DNA of 64,000 nt from Candidatus Eiseniibacteriota bacterium (GTDB lineage Bacteria; Eisenbacteria; RBG-16-71-46): assembly GCA_963707915.1 (NCBI GenBank), contig OY970178.1:1184001-1248000 (forward strand). The letters run 5' to 3'. Below, in pieces: positions 7,570-15,973 of the stretch. The position numbers and the translations under genes were made by a program. The first letter of the stretch is position 1; each line of letters starts with the position of its first letter. A model generated the notes under the pieces. It made no database searches. It was given only the letters and a program-made list of their open reading frames with translations, and was not told where the DNA came from.

Positions 7570-8826
7570 ATGGCCACGGAGGAGAGCCCGCGCCCGCTGC
7601 TGCGGCAGCGCAACTTCCTCGCGCTGATCGGCGGCCAGCTGGTCTCGATCTCGGGCGAGCGGCTCACGGTCGTCGCCCTCTACGGGCTCCTGCTCCAGCA
7701 CACCCGCCACTTCTCGGGGGCCCGCGAGTCCTCCCTCCTGCTGTGGCTGATGGGCATCGCCCAGCTCCTGCCGGTGCTGCTGTTCTCGCCCTTCGTCGGC
7801 GCCTGGGTGGACCGCTGGAACCTCAAGCGCGTGATGGTCCTCTCCGACACGCTGCGCGCCGGGATCGTCATGCTCATCCCGGTCTGCTACCTCGCCACGC
7901 ACAGCGTCTGGCCCGTCAACCTGCTGGTCTTCGCGCTCTTCACCTGCAACGTCTTCTTCCTGCCGGCCAAGAGCGCCGTCACGCCCGAGATCGTCCCCGG
8001 CGGACAGTTGCTGCTCGCCAACGCGCTGCTCGCCGGAGCGGGCATCGCCGGCACGGCGGCCGTCGTCCTCGGGGGCTGGGTCGTGGACCACTGGGGCTGG
8101 GGGCCGGCGCTCTACATCAACGGCATCACGTACCTGGTCTCGGTGGCGTCGTTGCTGCTCATCCGCAGCCGCCCGGCGGCCCATCACGCGACGCTCGCGC
8201 CGGTCTCGATGCGCAACTACCTGCGCGAGGTCACCGAGGGCTGGCGGCTGGTGCGTTCCACGCCGGTCCTGGTGCTGGCGCTCACCGCGCACGCCGCGGT
8301 CTGGGCAGCGGGGGGCTTCCTGCACGTGGCGGGCAACCAGCACATCCAGCGCGCCGCCGGGGCCCTGGCCGGCATGGAGCGCCTCGCGCTGCTCATGGCG
8401 ACCGTCGGGGTCGGCAGCGCCTTCGGGACCTGGTGGGTGAACACCCGGGGACGGGCGCACCCGCGTCACCTGGTCCTCGGGGTCGGCCTCGTGCTCGCCG
8501 CCGCGGGGCTCGCGTGCTTCGCGGTCTCGACCCGTTTCGCCGTGTTCGCCGGGGCCGCGCTGCTCATCGGGCTGGGCGCCGCCCCGGTCTTCGTGCTGCC
8601 CGAGACCATGCTGCAGGAGGGCACCGACGCCCGCCACCGCGGGCGGGTCTTCGGCGCGCGCGACTTCCTGATGCGCCTGATGCTGCTCGGCGGGCAGACC
8701 GTCGCGGGCGTCGCCACGCCCCTGGTCGGCACCGGGGCGACCCTGCTCGTGGCCTCCGCCATGATGGCACTGGTGGGCGGGCTGGCCTTCGTGATGGGCC
8801 GGCGGATCCCCCCCACGGGGACCTGA
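7570..8826 (+). CDS. MFS transporter
   Basis: About 12 hydrophobic segments; GAWVDRWNLKRVMVLSDTLRA motif A; RGRVFG. Confidence 0.9.
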   Translation: MATEESPRPLLRQRNFLALIGGQLVSISGERLTVVALYGLLLQHTRHFSGARESSLLLWLMGIAQLLPVLLFSPFVGAWVDRWNLKRVMVLSDTLRAGIVMLIPVCYLATHSVWPVNLLVFALFTCNVFFLPAKSAVTPEIVPGGQLLLANALLAGAGIAGTAAVVLGGWVVDHWGWGPALYINGITYLVSVASLLLIRSRPAAHHATLAPVSMRNYLREVTEGWRLVRSTPVLVLALTAHAAVWAAGGFLHVAGNQHIQRAAGALAGMERLALLMATVGVGSAFGTWWVNTRGRAHPRHLVLGVGLVLAAAGLACFAVSTRFAVFAGAALLIGLGAAPVFVLPETMLQEGTDARHRGRVFGARDFLMRLMLLGGQTVAGVATPLVGTGATLLVASAMMALVGGLAFVMGRRIPPTGT

Positions 8827-8844
8827 CCGGCCCGCGGCGGCGGC

Positions 8845-8872
8845 TCAAGCGGCCCGCGCCGGCTGCCGATAC
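8845..8872 (+). promoter_or_regulatory. Sigma-28-type promoter upstream of the hybrid kinase
   Basis: TCAA-N16-GCCGATAC, same boxes and spacing as at csrA. Confidence 0.7.
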
Positions 8873-8960
8873 TCCCGGGCAGCATGGTCAGCAGGTACGC
8901 CACCCCCGCCTTCCCAGTTCGGGCACGGCCGGGCCTTCCCTCCCTCGGGTGGAGCACCGC

Positions 8961-11762
8961 ATGAGCGAGCGGGTACGCCACCCGGAGCCGCCGGCCGGGG
9001 GGTTGGAGGCGACGTTTCCGGCTGCCGGCGTGCCGCGGGACGGCGCGGGCCGCGGGCTTCCCGGGGCGGCGCCTCCCGGCGCGACGCAGTGGACGCCCGA
9101 GCAGCGCTATCGCTGGCTCGTGGCCACGTCGGCGGAAGGCATCTGGCGCTTCGAGCTGGATCCCCCGGCGTCCATCGACCTGCCGGAGGACGAGCTCGTC
9201 GCGGTGATCCTCGAGCGCGGCCGGATCGCCGAGTGCAACCTCGCCCACGCCCGCCGGTACGGCTTCGAGGAGCCGCGCGCGCTGCTCGGCGCCGGCCTGG
9301 CCGACGTGATGTTCGGTTCCCGCGACGAGCAGCTCGGAGTGGTGCGGGAGTTCGTGCGGTCGGGCCTGCGGGTCTCCGACCTGGAGAGCATCGAGCGCGA
9401 CGGCGCGGGCCGGGTGTTCTCCGCCCGCAACGACCTGGTCGGCATGGTGGAACACGGCTGCCTGGTCGGCGGCTGGGGCACACAGCGGGACGCCGCGAGC
9501 CGCCACCGGGCGGACGACGCGCTCCGCGAGGCGGAGTGGAAGTTCCAGGCCCTCTTCCAGAAGGGCCCGATCGGGGTGGCGTACCACCAGATGGTCTACG
9601 ACCCCGCCGGCCGGCCGGTCGACTACCTCTTCCTCGACGCGAACGAGAGGTACCGGGAACTGACCGGCGTCGATCCGCGGGGCAGGACCGTCACGCAGGC
9701 GTTCCCCGGCATCGCGGACGACCCCTTCGACTGGATCGGGACCTACGGCAAGGTCGCCCGGACCGGAGAGCAGATCCGCTTCGAGCAGCACCTCCAGGCC
9801 AACGACCGCTGGTACGACATCGTCGCCTACCCGTACCGGCCGGACCACTTCGTCACCGCGTTCCTCGACATCACCGAGCGCAAGCGGACCGAGCAGTCGC
9901 TGCGACTGGCGCAGCACTCGGTGGAGATCGCCGCGGACGCCGTCTTCTGGCTCCGGCCCGACGCCTCCATCTGCTACGCGAACTCCGCGGCGTGCACCCT
10001 GCTGGAGATCCCCGGCGAAGAACTCCTCCGGCTGACCGCCTTCGACCTCGAGCCCGGGCGGACCCGCGAAGCCTGGGCCGCGTACTGGGAGGGGCTGCGC
10101 CAGCGCCAGTCGACCACCTACGAGGCGGAGTACCGCACCCGGGCGGGGCGACTCGTCCCGGTGGAGGTCACGGCCAGCTACCTCGAGTTCGCCGGCGAGG
10201 TCTACAGCTTCTGCTTCGTCCGCGACATCCGCCGGCGCAAGCAGACCGAGGAGCGCCTGGCCACCCTCGCCACCGCGGTCGAGCAGGCGGACGACGACAT
10301 CATGGTGACCGACGCAGCGGGCGTCATCACCTACGTGAACGCCGCCTTCGAGCGGACGACGGGGTACTCGCGCACCGAGGCGGTCGGGCGTTCCCCCCGC
10401 TTCCTCGACAGCGGCCGGCACGACCCGGCCTTCTACCAGCAGGTCGACACCACGCTCGCGGATGGGCAGACCTGGCACGGCCGTTTCAGCAACCGCACCC
10501 GCGACGGACGCACCATCCTGCAGGACGCGAGCATCTCGCCGATCTTCGACCTCTCCGGCCGGATCGTCGGACAGGTCTCGGCCCGGCGCGACGTCACCCG
10601 GCAGGTCGAGCTGGAAGGGCACGCGGCGCAGGCGGACAAGCTGGAGGCCATCGGGACGATGGCGGGCGGCATCGCCCACGACTTCAACAACATCCTGAGC
10701 GCCATCCTCGGCTACACGCAGATGGCCCTGCGCAAGTGCCCCGACGACTCGCCGATCCACCGCGACCTGCAGGCCGTCCTGCTCGGCTCGCGGCGCGCCG
10801 CCGACCTGGTCAAGCAGATCCTGACCTTCAGCCGCCACCAGCAGCGCGCGGAGCAGCCCGTCCAGGTCGGCCTGATCGTCAAGGAGGCGGCCAAGTTCCT
10901 GCGGGCCAGCATCCCGGCCACCGTGGAGATCCGGACGGACGTCCGTTCGGACGCCGTCGTCCTGGCCGAGCCGACCGACATCCACCGGATCGTGATCAAC
11001 CTCTGCACGAACGCCGCGCTGGCCATGCAGGACCACGGCGGCCTGCTGGAGTTGAGCCTCGCCGACGTCGACCTCGATGCGTCGTTCACCTCGGTGCATC
11101 CGGACGCCTCACCGGGGCGGTTCGTCCGGCTCCGGGTGCGCGACACCGGGCACGGGATGACCCGCGAGATCCAGTCGCGGATCTTCGAGCCCTTCTTCAC
11201 GACCCGCGAGCGCGGGGAGGGCACGGGAATGGGGCTCGCCGTGGTGCACGGCATCGTGACGCGCTGCCACGGGGCCATCACCGTGGAGAGCGAACCGGGC
11301 CAGGGGACGACCTTCGAGATCCACCTGCCGGTGATCGAGCGGGCGGCGTCCTCCGCCGCCCCGTCGACGGAGCCCCTGATCGCGGGCACCGGGCGCATCC
11401 TCGTGGTCGACGACGAGCCGCTGGTGGTCGCCATGGTGGCGGACCAGCTGAGCGAGATGGGCTACCAGGCCACGGCCTGCGCGAACGGCCACGAGGCCCT
11501 GCGGGTGTTCGCCGCCGACCCGCGCGCGTTCGACCTCGTGATCACCGACATGACCATGCCGGGCATGACGGGCGACCTGCTGGCACAGCGTCTCAAGAGC
11601 CTCCGACCGGACCTCCCGGTCGTCCTCTGCACCGGCTACAGCGACAAGGTCTCGGCGGAGTCGGCCCGGGCCCAGGGGATCGACGAGTTCGCGATGAAGC
11701 CCCTCGCGATGGCGGAGCTCTCGCGGCTGGTGCGCCGGGCGCTCGACCGGCACCGGCCCTGA
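8961..11762 (+). CDS. Cytoplasmic multi-PAS hybrid histidine kinase (4 PAS, HisKA, HATPase, REC)
   Basis: AGGIAHDFNNIL, NLCTNA, DTGHGM, FFTTRERGEGTGMGL, C-terminal ILVVDDE..DMTMPGMTG..KP; no transmembrane segment. Confidence 0.93.
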   Translation: MSERVRHPEPPAGGLEATFPAAGVPRDGAGRGLPGAAPPGATQWTPEQRYRWLVATSAEGIWRFELDPPASIDLPEDELVAVILERGRIAECNLAHARRYGFEEPRALLGAGLADVMFGSRDEQLGVVREFVRSGLRVSDLESIERDGAGRVFSARNDLVGMVEHGCLVGGWGTQRDAASRHRADDALREAEWKFQALFQKGPIGVAYHQMVYDPAGRPVDYLFLDANERYRELTGVDPRGRTVTQAFPGIADDPFDWIGTYGKVARTGEQIRFEQHLQANDRWYDIVAYPYRPDHFVTAFLDITERKRTEQSLRLAQHSVEIAADAVFWLRPDASICYANSAACTLLEIPGEELLRLTAFDLEPGRTREAWAAYWEGLRQRQSTTYEAEYRTRAGRLVPVEVTASYLEFAGEVYSFCFVRDIRRRKQTEERLATLATAVEQADDDIMVTDAAGVITYVNAAFERTTGYSRTEAVGRSPRFLDSGRHDPAFYQQVDTTLADGQTWHGRFSNRTRDGRTILQDASISPIFDLSGRIVGQVSARRDVTRQVELEGHAAQADKLEAIGTMAGGIAHDFNNILSAILGYTQMALRKCPDDSPIHRDLQAVLLGSRRAADLVKQILTFSRHQQRAEQPVQVGLIVKEAAKFLRASIPATVEIRTDVRSDAVVLAEPTDIHRIVINLCTNAALAMQDHGGLLELSLADVDLDASFTSVHPDASPGRFVRLRVRDTGHGMTREIQSRIFEPFFTTRERGEGTGMGLAVVHGIVTRCHGAITVESEPGQGTTFEIHLPVIERAASSAAPSTEPLIAGTGRILVVDDEPLVVAMVADQLSEMGYQATACANGHEALRVFAADPRAFDLVITDMTMPGMTGDLLAQRLKSLRPDLPVVLCTGYSDKVSAESARAQGIDEFAMKPLAMAELSRLVRRALDRHRP

Positions 11763-11861
11763 GCGGGACGGCCGGCGCGGCGCAGCGGAGAGCGCGGTCC
11801 CGGCCGGCGAGGACCTCGACGGGGCGCCGCCGTCACGAGCGTGACGGCGGCGCCCCCGCGC

Positions 11862-14800
11862 TCATCGCGTCACGACGATCCGGCGGACGAGCGAGCGGCC
11901 CGCCACGTTGAGGCGCACGAAGTAGAGCCCCGAGCCGAGCCGGCCCCCGTAGGTCCCGTCCCAACGGACCTGGTGCCGACCCGCCTCGTAGTCGCCCTCG
12001 GCCAGCACCGCCACCTCGCGTCCCTGCACGTCGATCACGCTCAACCGCACGTGGGACGCGCTCGGCAGCGCGAAGCCGATCCGCGCCGACCCCCGCATCG
12101 GGTTCGGCTGCACCGGAGCCAGCTCGAAGCTCACGACCGGCCGCTCGCCGACCCCCGCCGTCTCGCGGACGACGAACGCGGAGTCACCCACGTCCGTCCC
12201 GAGGTTGCCGGCCGCGTCGCGGGCCAGCACCTTGAGGACCGCGTCGGTCGTCGCCGGCCCGGTCACCAGCCAGCTGTACGTGCCGGTGTTCGGGACCGAC
12301 GTCGCGATCGAGTCGAACGCGCCGCCCGCGCCCGTGCGCGACAGGTAGAGGTCCACGCGCGTCACCGCCGCGTTGTCGATCGCGCTCCACTCGAGGCTGA
12401 CCGGGTCTCCGACGACGGCGACCGCCCCGCCCGCCGGCCCCAGCACGTGCACCGCCGGCGGTGCGGTGTCGCTGAAGGCCGCCGCCACGGTCCGGTTGGC
12501 GGTCATCAGCAGTGCCAGCGGATTGCCGCTCGTGGTCGTGTCACCGCTCCAGCCCGTGAAGGCCCAGCCGGAATCCGGGATCGCCGTCACCATCACGGGG
12601 GCGCCGTGGACGTAGGCGGGCAGGTCGGGCGCGCGCAGCACGGCGCCGCCGGCCCCCGCGGACGTCGTCAGCGTGTAGAGGTTCGTCGAGAAGCTGGCGT
12701 CGATCGTGTGGTTGGCGGCGACGCCGGTGAAGGTGTAGGTCGTGTCGCTCCCCACCGAGAGGCCGTCCACCAGCACGTCCAGCACGTGGCTCCCGCCGGC
12801 CGGCTGGATCGAGAACCCCTGGCTCGCGCCCTCGACCACGGGCACGGCTCCGGCCGGTACGATGCTCCCGCCCGCCCCCGCCGCGGCGGTGATGACCCAG
12901 CGGTCGATGGTGAAGGAGTAGTTGCTCGCGTCGCTGGCCGAGTTCCCGGCGGCGTCGTGCGCCGTGGCGCGCACGATCGCGGTGGTGGTGGGCGTGTTGG
13001 GCACCGTCCACGAGAAGGTCCCCGAGTTCGCCAGCCCGGTGGCGATGATGATGGGGAAGCTGAAGCCGCCGTCGGTCGAGAGCGCCAGGTCCACGGCGGT
13101 CACGCCGACGTTGTCCGTGGCGGTCCAGGTGACGGCGTGGGTCGAGCCCGCCTTCCAGGTCACGGCCGCGTTCGGGGCGGTCACGGTGACCGACGGGGCG
13201 GTGAGATCCCCGTGGCCGAGGCTGTTGTAGATGTCGAGCTTGCCGTAGCCCCAGGTGTTGTTCGGCACCGCGCCGGTGTAGGCGTCCGCCCGGGCGTTGG
13301 CCTCGAAGGCGAGCTTCACCTTGCTGGGCGACGCGCCCGGCGAGGACTGCAGGAACAGCAGCGCGGCCCCGGCGACGTGGGGCGCGGAGAAGCTCGTCCC
13401 CGCCGTGATCTCGTGCACGCCGTCGTCCGCGTCCCAGCCGGTGCCGGCGAGGCTGCCCGCGGCGCTCGAGTGGGTGGTCGCAACGCCGAACCCGGGGGCC
13501 GAGATCTCGGGCTTGAGGACGCCGTCACGCCGCGGCCCCACGTTGGAGAACGGGGCGATGGCGTTCATGGTGGGCGCCGGGCTGAAGCTGTAGGTCGCCC
13601 CGTCCAGGCAGGAGTACCACGACGGCTTGGTGACGTGGGCGGCCACGGCGAAGACGCTGTCCGCGTCGGCGGGCTGGCCGACGAGCGTGGTGTTGTCGAG
13701 GCCCTGGGTGACCGTGGGCACGACGCCGGCCGCGCCCAGCCGCGAGGCGTAGAGCCAGATGTCCACGCGCCTGCCGATGCTGGCCGTGTTGTTCGACACC
13801 ACGTTGATCCGCCAGTTGCCGACGCGCGGCATCTGGTTCGCGGTGGCATCGAAGATCTCGACCTCGAACTGACGGGCCTTCGCCGTCCCCCCGAAGCCCT
13901 CGGCGGCGTTCTGGTTCGCGATGTAGATCTGGCTCCCGGTCGTCCCGGTGCTGCGCGAGGCCCAGGCCCCGAAGCCGCAGCTCAGGGTGTCACTGGCGAG
14001 CGGACCCCGGACCTGGATGACGACGCTGGCGGTGGTGTCGTACCAGCCGGCGACCAGGACGTAGTCGTTGATGGGGCCCGAGTTCTTCGTGTAGGTCGGG
14101 ATGTTGAACCGCAGGTTGTCCGTTCCCGGCACGGTCGAGGTGGTCGTGAGCCGGCCGTGGATCGCGTCCTGCTGGTCGTTCCCCGCCGAAGCCACCACGA
14201 TCCTGCCCGGTCCGGTGAGCGCGCTGATCGCCGTGCCGAAGACGTCCGAGCCGTCGTGCGGTCCCGCCTGGCCGCCCAGCGAGAGGTTCACCACGCAGTC
14301 CTTCCCGAGTGCCGCGGCCTTCTGGAAGATGTAGTTGACCCCGTCGATGATCGCGGCATCCGAGAAGTCGGTGGCGACCTCGATGAACTCGGCCTTCGGC
14401 GCCATGCCGACGTAGCGGTAGGCCGGCTGCGAGCACCCCGTCTCGGAACCGTTCCCGATCAGCACGCCCGCCACGGTGGTGCCGTGGCCGTTGGTGTCCC
14501 GGTGGCGGACGGTGCCCGGCGTGTTGTCGATCTGGGACTTGCTCCACTCCGAGCCGTAGGCGAAGCCCGAGGGGTTCGGACCGACCAGGTCGTTCTGGTC
14601 CCAGATGTAGAGGATGCGGGTCTTGCCCGTGCTGTCCTGGAAATCGGGCCGCGTGAAGTCGATGCCCGAGTCCACGTCGCCGATGATCATGCCCTGGCCG
14701 GCACGGCCGCTGTAGACCGGCGGGCTGCCCGACGCGCCCTGCTCGAGGTCCGCACGCACGTCCACCCGGCTGACGTTGAGGTACGGCTGCATGTAGCGCG

Positions 14801-15197
14801 CCAGCTGCACCCGGCGTATGCCGGAGATGCCGCGCAGCCGCCCGACCTCTTCGCGGCGCACGCGCGCCGTGAAGGTGCTGCCGGTCTGCGTTCCGACCCG
14901 GATGCCGGCGGCTTCCAGCTCCGCCCGCGTGCCGTCGAACTCGAGGATGACACCGAACTCGGTGGGCTCGACGTAGTCGAGCGGGACGGCGATCGGGGAC
15001 CGGCCGGAGACCCGGTCGAGCAGGCGTCCGCGGGAAGGCATCGGGCGGTTGCTGAGCGGGACGGGCTGGCCGGCTTCGATCGACGCCAGGCCCCGGTCGA
15101 GCCGATTGCCGGAGGGGAGCTGCGCGGAGGCCGGGACGGCCGCGAGCACGAGGGAAGACAGGAACACGGCCAGTGCCAGCCTAGCATGTGCACGCAT
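11862..15197 (-). CDS. Secreted S8 subtilisin-like serine protease with Ig-like repeats and FlgD-Ig/T9SS-like C-terminal domain
   Basis: Signal peptide; triad DSGID, HGTTVAG, GTSFSAPHVAG; VLKPEISAPG; C-terminus PNP..IGFALP..VIDVQGREV..WDG..SGLYFVRL. Confidence 0.92.
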   Translation of the reverse strand: MRAHARLALAVFLSSLVLAAVPASAQLPSGNRLDRGLASIEAGQPVPLSNRPMPSRGRLLDRVSGRSPIAVPLDYVEPTEFGVILEFDGTRAELEAAGIRVGTQTGSTFTARVRREEVGRLRGISGIRRVQLARYMQPYLNVSRVDVRADLEQGASGSPPVYSGRAGQGMIIGDVDSGIDFTRPDFQDSTGKTRILYIWDQNDLVGPNPSGFAYGSEWSKSQIDNTPGTVRHRDTNGHGTTVAGVLIGNGSETGCSQPAYRYVGMAPKAEFIEVATDFSDAAIIDGVNYIFQKAAALGKDCVVNLSLGGQAGPHDGSDVFGTAISALTGPGRIVVASAGNDQQDAIHGRLTTTSTVPGTDNLRFNIPTYTKNSGPINDYVLVAGWYDTTASVVIQVRGPLASDTLSCGFGAWASRSTGTTGSQIYIANQNAAEGFGGTAKARQFEVEIFDATANQMPRVGNWRINVVSNNTASIGRRVDIWLYASRLGAAGVVPTVTQGLDNTTLVGQPADADSVFAVAAHVTKPSWYSCLDGATYSFSPAPTMNAIAPFSNVGPRRDGVLKPEISAPGFGVATTHSSAAGSLAGTGWDADDGVHEITAGTSFSAPHVAGAALLFLQSSPGASPSKVKLAFEANARADAYTGAVPNNTWGYGKLDIYNSLGHGDLTAPSVTVTAPNAAVTWKAGSTHAVTWTATDNVGVTAVDLALSTDGGFSFPIIIATGLANSGTFSWTVPNTPTTTAIVRATAHDAAGNSASDASNYSFTIDRWVITAAAGAGGSIVPAGAVPVVEGASQGFSIQPAGGSHVLDVLVDGLSVGSDTTYTFTGVAANHTIDASFSTNLYTLTTSAGAGGAVLRAPDLPAYVHGAPVMVTAIPDSGWAFTGWSGDTTTSGNPLALLMTANRTVAAAFSDTAPPAVHVLGPAGGAVAVVGDPVSLEWSAIDNAAVTRVDLYLSRTGAGGAFDSIATSVPNTGTYSWLVTGPATTDAVLKVLARDAAGNLGTDVGDSAFVVRETAGVGERPVVSFELAPVQPNPMRGSARIGFALPSASHVRLSVIDVQGREVAVLAEGDYEAGRHQVRWDGTYGGRLGSGLYFVRLNVAGRSLVRRIVVTR

Positions 15198-15256
15198 GAT
15201 GCGGTTCTCCTCGGGGGTCCCAGGGCGGACATGCACAGACAGCGGTTCTTCCCATG

Positions 15257-15286
15257 ATTGTGGCCGCAGGCGGGGCACCAAGTCAA
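15257..15286 (-). promoter_or_regulatory. Sigma-70 promoter for the S8 protease
   Basis: TTGACT-N18-CACAAT. Confidence 0.55.
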
Positions 15287-15352
15287 TCGGCGGGGCGGCG
15301 CTCCCCCGCGGCGGGGAAGGCTTCCTGCAACCCCCCGGCCGCCCGGGCCGGA

Positions 15353-15868
15353 TCAGCCCTCGCGGGCCGTCAGCGGCACGAGTTCCACGCCCCAGCGCTC
15401 GCGCAGGGCCGTGCGGAACGCACTGGGGTCGGCGTCCGCCCCGGCGCGGCTGCAGTAGCTTTCGTAGGCCGCCATCAGCGCCGGACCGAACTCGGCGAAG
15501 AACCGGTGCTCGGCGCGCGCCCGGTCGATCGCATCGCCCCGGTCCGCGGCGAACTGTTCCAGCACGGCCCGTGCGATCGCCACCGGCTCCCCGGCTCCGG
15601 ATTCCGCCGCGGTCCCGGGCTCCATGGTCGCGGGGTCCGCGGTCCCGGCGGTCGTCGCCCCGGTCGCGGCGGGCTCCTCCACCGCCTCGATGGGTCGTTC
15701 GGGCGGCGGGCCCGCGGGGGCGGGCGCGGCCGCATCGCGGGGTTGCCCGTCCACGCCGACCGCGAACAGGTGCTGGCAGCGCGGGCAGCGCACGCGCGCG
15801 CCCCCCGGACCCACGAGGTGCTCGGGGAGCAGGTAACCGGTCGAGCAGTTCGGACAGGTGACGATCAC
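15353..15868 (-). CDS. MJ0042-type zinc-ribbon domain protein
   Basis: GTG start; CPNCSTGY..VRCPRCQHLF, then Pro/Ala linker and a small helical domain; GGAGG RBS. Confidence 0.85.
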   Translation of the reverse strand: MIVTCPNCSTGYLLPEHLVGPGGARVRCPRCQHLFAVGVDGQPRDAAAPAPAGPPPERPIEAVEEPAATGATTAGTADPATMEPGTAAESGAGEPVAIARAVLEQFAADRGDAIDRARAEHRFFAEFGPALMAAYESYCSRAGADADPSAFRTALRERWGVELVPLTAREG

Positions 15869-15889
15869 GAGCGGACCTCCAAGGTCACC

Positions 15890-15918
15890 ATTGTGCCCCA
15901 ATTCGCCTCGCCTGAAAA
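15890..15918 (-). promoter_or_regulatory. Sigma-70-like promoter
   Basis: TTTTCA-N17-CACAAT. Confidence 0.45.
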
Positions 15919-15973
15919 CCCGGCCCGCCGGGCGGACGCCCGGAGCGGGCCGGCCGACCGGCCGGCGGGCGTC

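Noticed and set aside
7743..8960. N-terminal 400-aa extension of the hybrid kinase ORF
   Set aside because: Alternate frame of the MFS gene; the real start is ATG 8961 after an RBS and promoter box
15284..15311. GCCGATTG as a fourth sigma-28 box before the S8 protease
   Set aside because: No -35 element at the 16-bp spacing; a sigma-70 promoter explains the region
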